From an uncultured Acidobacteriota bacterium (GTDB lineage: Bacteria > Acidobacteriota > Polarisedimenticolia > J045), in contig CAVPCQ010000039.1 in the NCBI GenBank assembly GCA_963702425.1, forward strand, positions 32,001-96,000: DNA of 64,000 nt. Reading direction: 5' to 3'. The notes below the pieces were generated by a model. The model was given only the letters and a program-made list of their open reading frames with translations. It was not told the origin of the DNA and ran no database searches. The position numbers were made by a program, and so were the translations under genes. Each line of letters begins with the position of its first letter. Positions within the stretch are counted from its first letter, which is position 1. Shown here one piece after another: positions 19,038-27,977 of this stretch.

Positions 19038-21347
19038 ATGCTCAAGTACATCTGGCTGATCCCCCTGGCGCCCCTGGCGGGCTTCCTGTTCATCGGGTTG
19101 CTGACGATGTACGGGAAGCTGCCGGCGAAGGTGGCGGGGCGGGTCGGCGTGGCCGCGTCGGGGCTGGCGTTTCTGCTGGCGCTGGGGGCGGTGGTGGACT
19201 TCTCCGGGGGCGTGGGGAAGTACGCGGCGCTGGCGGCGGCGCACCCGGGGGTCTACGAGGTTGCGGTGGGGTCGGCGCACGAGGCGCCTCGTTTCGAGGT
19301 GACGCCGCTCTCCTGGATGCCGGCAACGGACACGGTGCTGAAGGGCTGGGACGAGGGCGGTGCGCGGTTCGCGCGGATGGCGGTCGACTGGACCTTCGCG
19401 CTGGACGCGCTGACGGCGATCATGCTGATGGTCGTGACCTTCGTGGGGACGCTGATCCACGTCTACTCGCTGGGCTACATGGCCGGGGATCCGGGGTTCA
19501 ATCGGTTCTTCGCCTACCTCAACCTGTTCATGGCGATGATGCTCACGCTGGTGCTGGGCGGGAACATGGTCGTGATGTTCGTGGGCTGGGAAGGGGTGGG
19601 GCTCTGCTCGTACCTCTTGATCGGGTACTTCTACGACCAGGTCTTCGACAAGGAGAGCGGTCTGACCTGCGCCGACGCGGGGCGCAAGGCGTTCCTCACG
19701 AACCGGATCGGGGACTTCGGGTTCCTGCTGGGGCTGCTGCTGCTGGTGGTGACCTTCGGGACGGTGGACTTCTCGGAGCTGGCGGCGGCGATCAACGGCT
19801 CGTCGAGCTACTGGTACGGGACGGGGCTGCTGGCCGGGATCGGGGTGCTGCTGTTCGTGGGGGCGACCGGGAAGAGCGCGCAATTGCCGCTGTACGTCTG
19901 GCTGCCGGACGCGATGGCGGGCCCGACGCCGGTCTCGGCGCTGATCCACGCGGCGACGATGGTGACGGCGGGGGTCTACATGCTGTCGCGGATGGCGTCG
20001 TTGTACTGGCACGCGCCGGTGGCGATGCTGGTGGTGGCGATCGTGGGCTGCGCGACGGCGGTTTTCGCGGGGACGATGGGGACGGCGCAGACCGACATCA
20101 AGAAGGTGCTGGCGTATTCGACGGTGTCGCAGCTGGGGTACATGTTCCTGGGGGCGGGGGTCGGGGCCTTCGTGGCTTCGATCTTCCACCTGGTGACGCA
20201 CGCCTTCTTCAAGGCCTGCCTGTTCCTGGGGGCGGGCTCGGTGATCGCGCGCAGCGGTCACAGCAACGACATGCGCTGGTACGGCGGGTTGAAGAAGTGG
20301 ATGCCGCTGACGGCGGGGACGTTCCTGGTGGCGACCTTGGCGATCACAGGGCTGCCGTTCCTGTCGGGCTTCATGTCGAAGGACGAGATCCTGGCGCAGG
20401 CGCTGTTTTCGAATCGCGGCAGCGTCTGGCTCTGGGTCTTCGGTCTGATCGGGGCGGTCTTCACGTCGTTCTACATGTTCCGCTGCTACTGGATGACGTT
20501 CCTGGGCGAGAACCGGGCCCCGCGCGCGGTGCGTGAGCAGCTGACCGAGTCGCCGCGGGTGATGACGTATGTGCTGGTGACGCTGGCGGCCGGGGCGGTG
20601 GTGGTGGGCTTCCTGGGGATTCCCGCGGGCGTGACCAACCTCGTGCACGCCCCGAACCTCAACTGGTTCGAGCAGGTGCTGCACCCGGTGGTGGCGGCGC
20701 GGGGGGTGGCGGCGCAGGCGGGGCACGGCGCGGTCGCCGAGCACGGCGCGGTCGCCGAGCACGGCGCGGTCGGCGAGCACGGCGCGACAGCGGAAGCTGA
20801 CGCGCCGGTGGAGCACGGCGCGACAGCGGAAGCTGACGCGCCGGCCCCGCTGACCGAGGGCTGGCGCCGGCATCCGGGGCTGACCGAGGAGTGGGGGCTG
20901 TTCGTCCTCGCGGCCGCGGTCTTCCTGGCGGGCCTGGTGACCGCGCGCTGGGCCTACGGCGACGGGATGGCCCGGGCCACGGCCCTGGCCGCCAGGCTGC
21001 CGTTCCTGCGCCGGCTGCTCCACCGCAAGTGGTTCGTCGACGAGTTGTACCAGGCGGTGGTGCTGCAGCCGTTCTACCGCCTGTCCGACTTCTTCGCGGG
21101 CTTCGACCGCTGGGTGGTGGACGGGGCGGTCAACGGGACGGCGCGGGCCACGCTCGCGCTGTCCTACGTCAAGGCGACGATCGACCGCTGGGGCGTCGAC
21201 CTGGCGGTCAACGGGGTGGGATGGGGCGTGCGGATGGGCAGTTTCGCCCTCCGCCGTACCCAGACCGGGTTCGTGCAATCCTATGCAGCCATGGTGGTCG
21301 TGGGGGCCTTCGCACTCCTCGCCGCCTATCTCCTGTTCGTGCGCTGA
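19038..21347 (+). CDS. nuoL: NADH-quinone oxidoreductase subunit L
   Basis: IHVYSLGYM, GWEGVGLCSYLLIG, GKSAQLPLYVWLPDAMAGPTPVSALIHAATMV, FHLVTHAFFKA. Confidence 0.97.
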   Translation: MLKYIWLIPLAPLAGFLFIGLLTMYGKLPAKVAGRVGVAASGLAFLLALGAVVDFSGGVGKYAALAAAHPGVYEVAVGSAHEAPRFEVTPLSWMPATDTVLKGWDEGGARFARMAVDWTFALDALTAIMLMVVTFVGTLIHVYSLGYMAGDPGFNRFFAYLNLFMAMMLTLVLGGNMVVMFVGWEGVGLCSYLLIGYFYDQVFDKESGLTCADAGRKAFLTNRIGDFGFLLGLLLLVVTFGTVDFSELAAAINGSSSYWYGTGLLAGIGVLLFVGATGKSAQLPLYVWLPDAMAGPTPVSALIHAATMVTAGVYMLSRMASLYWHAPVAMLVVAIVGCATAVFAGTMGTAQTDIKKVLAYSTVSQLGYMFLGAGVGAFVASIFHLVTHAFFKACLFLGAGSVIARSGHSNDMRWYGGLKKWMPLTAGTFLVATLAITGLPFLSGFMSKDEILAQALFSNRGSVWLWVFGLIGAVFTSFYMFRCYWMTFLGENRAPRAVREQLTESPRVMTYVLVTLAAGAVVVGFLGIPAGVTNLVHAPNLNWFEQVLHPVVAARGVAAQAGHGAVAEHGAVAEHGAVGEHGATAEADAPVEHGATAEADAPAPLTEGWRRHPGLTEEWGLFVLAAAVFLAGLVTARWAYGDGMARATALAARLPFLRRLLHRKWFVDELYQAVVLQPFYRLSDFFAGFDRWVVDGAVNGTARATLALSYVKATIDRWGVDLAVNGVGWGVRMGSFALRRTQTGFVQSYAAMVVVGAFALLAAYLLFVR
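20723..20844 (+). repeat. In-frame tandem repeats in nuoL (3 x 18 bp plus 2 x ~36 bp)
   Basis: GCACGGCGCGGTCGCCGA x3 (HGAVAE) then GAGCACGGCGCGACAGCGGAAGCTGACGCGCCGG x2 (EHGATAEADAP). Confidence 0.9.
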
Positions 21348-21385
21348 CCTCCCGAGGGCGGAGTCGGGCGTAGAAGGAAGAGCCG

Positions 21386-23023
21386 ATGAATCTCCCGATC
21401 CTTTCGGTGATCACGTTCCTGCCGCTGGTGGCGGCGCTTGTCATCGTCTTCTTCGTGCCGAAGAAGAACGAGAAGGCGATCATCCACATCGCGACCTGGA
21501 CGGCGCTTGCCGACTTCTTCCTGTCGCTGATCCCGCTGGCGCAGTACGACCGGTCCAACGGCGGCTTCCAGTTCGTGGAGACGGCCAGCTGGATCCCGTC
21601 GCTCGGAGTCCAGTACAAGTTGGGCGTCGACGGCGTCTCGCTCCTGCTCGTGATCCTGACGACTCTGCTCTCGTTCATCTCGATCCTCGCCTCGTGGGAG
21701 TCGATCAAGGAGCGCGTGAAGGAGTACTACGTCTTCTTCCTGCTGCTCGAGGTCGGGATGCTCGGCGTCTTCTCGGCGCTCGACCTGTTCCTGTTCTACA
21801 TCTTCTGGGAGGTCATGCTCGTCCCGATGTACTTCATCATCGGGGTCTGGGGCGGTCCGCGAAAGCTCTACGCGGCGATCAAGTTCTTCCTCTACACCCT
21901 GTTCGGCTCGGTCCTGATGCTGCTGGGGATCATCGCCCTCTACTACTTCTCCGGCGACGCCCTCGGCGCGCGGACCTTCGACATCGAGAAGCTGCTCACG
22001 CTGGGGCCGGCGACCGCGACCTGGCCGCTGGCGCAATGGGTCTTCCTCGCCTTCTTCCTGGGCTTCGCGATCAAGGTCCCGATGTTCCCGTTCCACACCT
22101 GGCTGCCTGACGCGCACGTCGAGGCGCCCACGGCCGGATCGGTCATCCTGGCCGGCGTGCTGCTGAAGATGGGGACCTACGGCTTCTACCGCTTCTCGGT
22201 CCCGATGTTCCCCAAGCAGACGGTCGACAACATGTGGTGGCTGCTGCTGCTGTGCATCATCGGGATCATCTACGGGGCGATGGTGGCGCTGGTCCAGAAG
22301 GACTGGAAGAAGCTGGTGGCGTATTCCTCGGTCAGCCACCTCGGGCTGACGATGGTCGGGCTGTTCGCGCTGACGATCGCCGGCGTCCAGGGAAGCGTCC
22401 TGCAGATGCTGAACCACGGCATCTCCACCGGCGCGCTGTTCCTGATCGTCGGGATCGTCTACGAGCGGCGCCACACCCGCGAAATCTCCGAGTACGGCGG
22501 CCTCTCCAAGGTGATGCCGGTCTTCGCCGTCTACTTCCTGCTCATGACCCTCTCCTCGATCGGGCTGCCGACGCTCAACGGCTTCATCGGCGAGGTCAAG
22601 ATCCTGCTCGGCATCTCGCAGGTCGGTGGCGAGGCCTTCTCGTTCTTCGGTGCGGACCCGTACTGGTGGACCGTGCTCTCGGCGAGCGGCATCGTGCTCG
22701 GGGCGGCCTACATGCTCTGGCTCTACCAGCGAACGATGTTCGGGCCGGTCACCAACCCCAAGAACGAGCGCCTGCCTGACCTGACGCTGCGCGAGAAGTG
22801 GACTCTGATCCCGCTCGTCGTGCTGGCCTTCTGGATCGGGCTCTACCCCAAGCCGTTCTTCGAGATCATGGACGCGCCGATCCATCGCCTGGTCTACGAG
22901 CAGGTCGTCCCGGTGCTCCGGCAGACCGGCGCGAAGGTCGACCTCCCGGCCCCGACCGAGACGCCGGCGCGGAAGGTGCCCGCGCACGCCGGGGCGGAGG
23001 GCGGCCACGGGGCCGCGGAGTAG
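21386..23023 (+). CDS. nuoM: NADH-quinone oxidoreductase subunit M
   Basis: GVDGVS, FYIFWEVMLVPMYF, KVPMFPFHTWLPDAHVEAPT, AYSSVSHLG. Confidence 0.97.
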   Translation: MNLPILSVITFLPLVAALVIVFFVPKKNEKAIIHIATWTALADFFLSLIPLAQYDRSNGGFQFVETASWIPSLGVQYKLGVDGVSLLLVILTTLLSFISILASWESIKERVKEYYVFFLLLEVGMLGVFSALDLFLFYIFWEVMLVPMYFIIGVWGGPRKLYAAIKFFLYTLFGSVLMLLGIIALYYFSGDALGARTFDIEKLLTLGPATATWPLAQWVFLAFFLGFAIKVPMFPFHTWLPDAHVEAPTAGSVILAGVLLKMGTYGFYRFSVPMFPKQTVDNMWWLLLLCIIGIIYGAMVALVQKDWKKLVAYSSVSHLGLTMVGLFALTIAGVQGSVLQMLNHGISTGALFLIVGIVYERRHTREISEYGGLSKVMPVFAVYFLLMTLSSIGLPTLNGFIGEVKILLGISQVGGEAFSFFGADPYWWTVLSASGIVLGAAYMLWLYQRTMFGPVTNPKNERLPDLTLREKWTLIPLVVLAFWIGLYPKPFFEIMDAPIHRLVYEQVVPVLRQTGAKVDLPAPTETPARKVPAHAGAEGGHGAAE

Positions 23024-23029
23024 ACGGCC

Positions 23030-24607
23030 GTGACTTTCGACACCTCGTCGTACGTCCGCGACCTGTTCTGGCTGGTGCCGGAACTCTGGCTGACGCTGGT
23101 CGGGTTCGCGCTGCTGGCCGCCTCGCCGTACGTCCGCGACGGCGCCGGGCGCCGCGCTGCCGCGTGGGTCTCCGCCGCCGGCCAGGCGGTGGCGCTGGCG
23201 CTGATGTTCGCGCTCTACGCCGGGGTGCCGGGGGTCTTCGGTCCCGCGGCGCCCGACGCCCCGGGTGCGATCTACGCGATGCAGTTCGCCCACGGCCGGC
23301 CCCTTCTGCTGATCGACGGCTTTGCGATCGTGCTGAAGGCGGTGGTGCTGGTCGCCGGGATCCTCGCGACGCTGATGGGGATCCGGCTGCTCGAGACCGA
23401 CCGGATCGGCCGCGGGGAGTTCCACGCGGTGCTGGTCTTCGCGGTGGTCGGAGCGATGTTCCTGATCAGCTCGACCGACTTCGTCACGATCTTCGTCGGA
23501 CTCGAGACGATGTCGCTCTCGGTCTACCTGCTGGTCGGGTGGGCCAAGGACTCCCGGAAATCGAACGAGGCGGCGCTGAAGTACTTCCTGCTCGGCACGC
23601 TCGCGGCGGGACTCCTGCTCTACGGGATGTCGCTCGCCTACGGCGCGACCGGGACGACGAACCTCTTCGGGATCAGGGAGGCGCTGGCGGCGGGCACGCC
23701 CGAGCCGGTCCGCTGGCTGGTCACGCTGGCGATCCTGTTCCTCGTGGTCGGCTGCGGATTCAAGATCGCGGCCGTGCCGTTCCACGTCTGGACCCCCGAC
23801 GCCTACGAGGGCGCGCCGACGCTCGTGACGTCCTTCATGGCGACGGCGGTCAAGACCGCCGCCTTCGCGATGGCGCTCCGGATTTTCCTGGTGGGCTTCG
23901 ATGCCCCGGCCCCGGCGGCGCAGTGGACCTGGCTCTTCGGGATCCTCGCCGCGCTGTCGATGACGGTCGGCAACGTGATCGCGGTCCTGCAGGACAACGT
24001 CAAGCGGATGCTCGCCTACAGCAGCATCGCCCACGTCGGTTACGCGCTCATGGGGCTGGTGGCGGCCGGCGCGGCGCTGGCGGGCTGGGTCCCGGAGCCG
24101 TATCGCACCCAGGCCATCGCGCTCGGCCAGTTCTCGGTCGTGCTCTACATGGTGGCGTACGCCTTCACCGCCGCGGGGGCCTTCGCGGTCGTGATCCTGC
24201 TGCGCCGGGAGGGGATCCAGGGCGACCGGATCGACGACTTCTCCGGAATGGCGCGCCGTGCGCCCGGGACGGCGGCGGTGATGCTGGTCTTCCTGCTCTC
24301 GTTGGCCGGCATCCCGGCGACCGCGGGGTTCATCGGCAAGTGGTGGCTCTTCGCGTCGGTGCTGCAGGGGAGCGGGTACCGCTGGCTGGCCGTGCTGGCG
24401 GCGCTCAACACCGCGATCTCCCTGTACTACTACCTGCGGGTCGTGGTCCGGATGTACATGGAGATCCCGGCCGAGGAGTTGCCGTACGCCGTAGCCCCCT
24501 CGCTGACCGCGGCGGTCGCGATCGCCGCGGTCGGGACGCTGGCGATCGGGCTCTGGCCCGAGCCGGTGCTGCGCCTCGTTGCGGGTACGGCACAGCTGCT
24601 GCCGTGA
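23030..24607 (+). CDS. nuoN: NADH-quinone oxidoreductase subunit N
   Basis: EAALKYFLLG, FKIAAVPFHVWTPDAYEGAPT, KRMLAYSSIAH, SLAGIP.TAGF.GK. Confidence 0.97.
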   Translation: MTFDTSSYVRDLFWLVPELWLTLVGFALLAASPYVRDGAGRRAAAWVSAAGQAVALALMFALYAGVPGVFGPAAPDAPGAIYAMQFAHGRPLLLIDGFAIVLKAVVLVAGILATLMGIRLLETDRIGRGEFHAVLVFAVVGAMFLISSTDFVTIFVGLETMSLSVYLLVGWAKDSRKSNEAALKYFLLGTLAAGLLLYGMSLAYGATGTTNLFGIREALAAGTPEPVRWLVTLAILFLVVGCGFKIAAVPFHVWTPDAYEGAPTLVTSFMATAVKTAAFAMALRIFLVGFDAPAPAAQWTWLFGILAALSMTVGNVIAVLQDNVKRMLAYSSIAHVGYALMGLVAAGAALAGWVPEPYRTQAIALGQFSVVLYMVAYAFTAAGAFAVVILLRREGIQGDRIDDFSGMARRAPGTAAVMLVFLLSLAGIPATAGFIGKWWLFASVLQGSGYRWLAVLAALNTAISLYYYLRVVVRMYMEIPAEELPYAVAPSLTAAVAIAAVGTLAIGLWPEPVLRLVAGTAQLLP

Positions 24608-24666
24608 CGATGGGGGAAGGCCGCTCGCCGGGCCGCCGCGGGCCTTCCCGCGGGCCCGCGGGCGGC

Positions 24667-24695
24667 TTGGACCGCCCCCCGGAATCTGGTAGTCT
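24667..24695 (+). promoter_or_regulatory. Putative sigma70 promoter of the atp F0 cluster
   Basis: TTGGAC-17 bp-TAGTCT with extended TG (TGgTAGTCT); same -10 hexamer as the nuo promoter. Confidence 0.5.
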
Positions 24696-24738
24696 CTCGG
24701 CCCCGGAAGCAGGGCCTCCGGGCGGTCCGCTCCGCTTC

Positions 24739-24960
24739 ATGGCTCAGATCCTGCGACAGGCCGCGCCGTTCATGGCTGCGGCGTGGGTGCTGACGGGAGC
24801 GGTGCTGCTGCTCGGGCTGGGCGGCTGGTGGCTGGATGGGCGCTTCGGCACCAGCCCCTGGCTGACGACGATCGGGCTGCTCGCGGGCGTGGTGGTCGGG
24901 ATGTACGAGCTGGCGCGCGTGGCGCTGCGCGCCGGGCCGCCACCCGGGAGCGGACGATGA
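24739..24960 (+). CDS. AtpZ/AtpI family protein (ATPase gene 1)
   Basis: GWWLDGRFGTSPWLTTIGLLAGVVVG, 2 TM, first gene of the atp cluster. Confidence 0.85.
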   Translation: MAQILRQAAPFMAAAWVLTGAVLLLGLGGWWLDGRFGTSPWLTTIGLLAGVVVGMYELARVALRAGPPPGSGR

Positions 24961-25259
24961 AGGGCGGGTGGTTCGCGGCCGCGCTGGCCGCGGCGGCCTG
25001 CTGGTTGCTCTGCGGTGCGCTGGCGTGGGCGGTTCCGCTGCGCCGGCAGGGCGCCGCGGCGTTGTACCTGAAGCTGAAGGCGGTGCGCACCGTCGGCCGC
25101 CTCGTGATCGTGGTCGCGGTCGTGGCCGTGGGAGTCGGGTGGGCCGGGGGAAACCCGGTCGCCGTCACCGCGGGCGCGGTGGCGGGGTGGCTCGCGGCGG
25201 CGCTGCCGGAGCTGATCGCCGCGCGGGGCCGCGGCGGGGACGAGGGAGCGAAGGGATGA
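24957..25259 (+). CDS. AtpI-like small membrane protein
   Basis: Hydrophobic 100-aa ORF translationally coupled (ATGA overlaps) between the atpZ-like gene and atpB. Confidence 0.55.
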   Translation: MKGGWFAAALAAAACWLLCGALAWAVPLRRQGAAALYLKLKAVRTVGRLVIVVAVVAVGVGWAGGNPVAVTAGAVAGWLAAALPELIAARGRGGDEGAKG

Positions 25260-26161
25260 TCTGGGCGACGCTGACCGGGATCCCGCTGGGACTGCTCGCC
25301 GCCGCGGGCGGCGAGGGGGGCCCGTTCGACGCGGGCGAGATGATCCTGCATCACGTCAGCAACGGTGTGGCCTGGATCGAGGGCGCCTGGTGGAGCCCCA
25401 GCAAGGCCGTGCTGGTGATGGCCGTCGCCGCGCTCCTCGTGCTCTTCGGTGTCCGCCGCGCGCTCGCCGGTTACGACGAGGACGGCGTTCCGAAGAGCCG
25501 CTGGGCGCAGATGATGGATCCCTTCGTCGAGCATTTTTACCGCGACGTCGCGGTGGCCTACGCCGGACCGAAGTGGGCGAAGCGGGTCGCGCCGCTGCTG
25601 CTGACCTTCTTCTTCTTCATCTTGACCAACAATCTGCTCGGGATGGTCCCGTGGGCCGACTTCGGCAACGTCCTGCGGGGTGTCGTCGTGCCCGCCGAGG
25701 CCGAGCCGGGCGCGCTCAAGACCTTCGTGCTCGACGGGGCCGGGACGCCCACCGGCAACTTCAACGTCACGGCCGCGCTGGCGAGCGTCACCTTCTTCGC
25801 GATCATCATCTTCGGCGTCAAGAAACACGGGCTCGTCGGGCACTTCGCGCAGCTCGCCCCCAAGGGCGTCCCCTGGCCGGTGCGCTGGTTCCTGCTCCTG
25901 CCGATCGAGACGATGTCGATGTTCGTCAAGCCGTTCGCACTGACGATGCGACTCGCGGCCAACATGACGGCGGGACACATGGCCATCCTGGCGATCGTGG
26001 CGATCATCTTCCTGCTCGACAGCGTGCTCGTCGGGATCCCGGCGGTCGGGCTGGCGGTCGGCATCAACCTGCTCGAGATCATCGTCTGCTTCGTGCAGGC
26101 GTACGTGTTCGCGCTCTTGTCCGGTGTCTTCATCGGCATGGCGATCGAATCCCACCACTAG
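25256..26161 (+). CDS. atpB: ATP synthase F0 subunit a
   Basis: FFFILTNNLLGMVP, TGNFNVTAALA, KPFALTMRLAANMTAGH, QAYVFALL. Confidence 0.96.
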   Translation: MIWATLTGIPLGLLAAAGGEGGPFDAGEMILHHVSNGVAWIEGAWWSPSKAVLVMAVAALLVLFGVRRALAGYDEDGVPKSRWAQMMDPFVEHFYRDVAVAYAGPKWAKRVAPLLLTFFFFILTNNLLGMVPWADFGNVLRGVVVPAEAEPGALKTFVLDGAGTPTGNFNVTAALASVTFFAIIIFGVKKHGLVGHFAQLAPKGVPWPVRWFLLLPIETMSMFVKPFALTMRLAANMTAGHMAILAIVAIIFLLDSVLVGIPAVGLAVGINLLEIIVCFVQAYVFALLSGVFIGMAIESHH

Positions 26162-26221
26162 GCATCGAAACGAACGGGCCCTGCTTCGCGAGGGTCAGGG
26201 CCGAACGGAGGAGTTCCAAGC

Positions 26222-26557
26222 ATGAGCAAGTCCCTGAGAGTCGCTGGTCTGGTCCTGGTCCTGATGCTCGTCCTTGCGCCCGGCACCGCCGCCTTGGCCG
26301 CCGAAGGGGATGCCGCCGCCGGCGCCGGGAGCATAAAGCTCGGCGGCCTCGGCGCTGCCATCGGTGCCGGCCTCGTGGCGATCGGCGCCGGCATGGGGAT
26401 CGGCCGCTTCGCCGCCGCCGCCGCCGAGGGGATCGCGCGCCAGCCGTCCGCGGCCTCGAGCATCGTCGGCGCGGTCAACCTGCCGCTCTTCCTGCTCGAA
26501 GGCGTCGCGATCATCGGCCTGGTGGTCTGCCTGCTCGTCGTCTTCTTGAAGGCCTGA
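26222..26557 (+). CDS. atpE: ATP synthase F0 subunit c (with N-terminal extension)
   Basis: GAGLVAIGAGMGIG, ARQP loop, carboxylate in LLEGVA. Confidence 0.93.
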   Translation: MSKSLRVAGLVLVLMLVLAPGTAALAAEGDAAAGAGSIKLGGLGAAIGAGLVAIGAGMGIGRFAAAAAEGIARQPSAASSIVGAVNLPLFLLEGVAIIGLVVCLLVVFLKA

Positions 26558-26567
26558 GGCGGGCGCG

Positions 26568-27125
26568 ATGCCCGTCACCACCATGGGGCTCCTTGCCTCG
26601 GCCGAGGCCGGCGGCGTCGACTCGTTGCTGAAGGTCGACCCGGGGCTCGCCATCTGGACCCTGATCATCTTTCTCCTGCTGCTGTTCGTGCTCTGGCGCT
26701 ACGGCTGGGGGATGATGATCGACAAGCTCGATGCCCGGGATCGCGCGATCCGCGGCTCGATCGAGGAAGCCCGGGCCGAGCGGCTCGAGGCGGAGAAGCT
26801 CCTCGTCGAGCAGAAGGCGCTGCTCGACCAGACGCGGCGCGAGACGGCGGCGATGCTGCAGGGAGCCCAGCAGGAAGCGGGCGCCGAGCGGCATCGTCTC
26901 GTCGAGCAGGCGCGCGAGGAGTACGAGCGGATCGTCGAGCGGGGCCGCGAGCAGATCGACCAGGAGAAGCGCGCGGCGGTCGCGGAGGTGCGACAGGTCG
27001 TGGCCGAGCTGGCGATCGGCGTGGCCGGGCGCCTGCTCGACAAGAACCTCGACACCGCGGGACAGCGCGAGCTGGCCGAGAAGTTCGTCGGCGAGCTCGA
27101 GCGCAAGGGCGGCGCCGAGGCCTGA
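26568..27125 (+). CDS. atpF: ATP synthase F0 subunit b
   Basis: PGLAIWTLIIFLLLLFVL, LDARDRAI, long charged helix, AELAIGVAGRLL. Confidence 0.94.
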   Translation: MPVTTMGLLASAEAGGVDSLLKVDPGLAIWTLIIFLLLLFVLWRYGWGMMIDKLDARDRAIRGSIEEARAERLEAEKLLVEQKALLDQTRRETAAMLQGAQQEAGAERHRLVEQAREEYERIVERGREQIDQEKRAAVAEVRQVVAELAIGVAGRLLDKNLDTAGQRELAEKFVGELERKGGAEA

Positions 27126-27151
27126 GGGACCGCCGCAGGATGACGAGCTGA

Positions 27152-27190
27152 AGCGCGGGCGACCGGCTGCGGTCGCCCGCGCTCCGTTTC
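27152..27190. terminator. Hairpin terminator between convergent atpF and the B3/B4 gene
   Basis: Perfect 14-bp stem AGCGCGGGCGACCG / CGGTCGCCCGCGCT, 4-nt loop, followed by CCGTTTCTT. Confidence 0.7.
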
Positions 27191-27191
27191 T

Positions 27192-27869
27192 TCAGGGAAG
27201 CACGCCGGAGGCGGTCCGCGCGGCAAACAGGGCCTCGCTGCGCTCGCGGAGCCAGGCGGCCCACCCGTCGAGCGCGACGATGTCGTGGCCCGTCGGCGCG
27301 AACATCACGTACAGCAGGTGCGACGCGCCGGGTCCGACGCTGGTCCGCAGCGAATCGGCGCTGGGGTTGCCGAACGGGCCCTCGGCATCGGCCAGCGCCA
27401 GCCGGCCGGCGAGATGCACCTCGGGCTTGTTGATCCCCTCATACCACTCCCCCTCGCGGCCGAGACGGGCCTCGATCGGGCCCGGGGCGAGCTTGTCGAC
27501 GTCGTAGAGCCCGACCGGCAGCCCGGAGAGCACCGCCCACAGGTTCGCGAGGTCGACGGCCGGGTGGATCCGCGGGAACGGCTCGCCTTTCAGCAGCCGG
27601 CGCAGCAGCGCCTCCGGGCTCGGGCGGTAGCGGGTCGGGTCCATCCCGACGCTTCGGTAGAGCACGCGCGCGGGCTGCAGCAGGTCGATCGCGCCCGCCG
27701 TCCGCCCCGCGTAGCGCGCGACGAGGCGCTCCACCCCGGCGGCGATCTCCTCACCGAGCGCTTCCTCGCCCTCGGGCGAGGGCGAGGCGTCGAAGGCCTC
27801 GACCATCGCGAGCGAGACGAGGTCCTTGATCTCCGGTGCCCGGGTCACTCGGTCGATCCGCATCGTCAT
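27192..27869 (-). CDS. Stand-alone B3/B4 (PheT editing-like) domain protein
   Basis: YRSVGMDPTRYRPSPEALLRR, PRIHPAVDLAN, PVGLYD, ADAEGPFGNPSADSLRT. Confidence 0.9.
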   Translation of the reverse strand: MTMRIDRVTRAPEIKDLVSLAMVEAFDASPSPEGEEALGEEIAAGVERLVARYAGRTAGAIDLLQPARVLYRSVGMDPTRYRPSPEALLRRLLKGEPFPRIHPAVDLANLWAVLSGLPVGLYDVDKLAPGPIEARLGREGEWYEGINKPEVHLAGRLALADAEGPFGNPSADSLRTSVGPGASHLLYVMFAPTGHDIVALDGWAAWLRERSEALFAARTASGVLP

Positions 27870-27977
27870 CGCCGTTCCTCGTGCCGGGAGCGCGCCGTCC
27901 CGCGGCGGCGATCCGCGCCGGATCAGGCATAATCCGTCGGTCCGGCCCCACCGCCGCGAGGAGCGCGTCGCCGCCGC

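Noticed and set aside
20723-20844. CRISPR array
   Set aside because: Contiguous in-frame coding repeats without spacers; no cas genes in the window.
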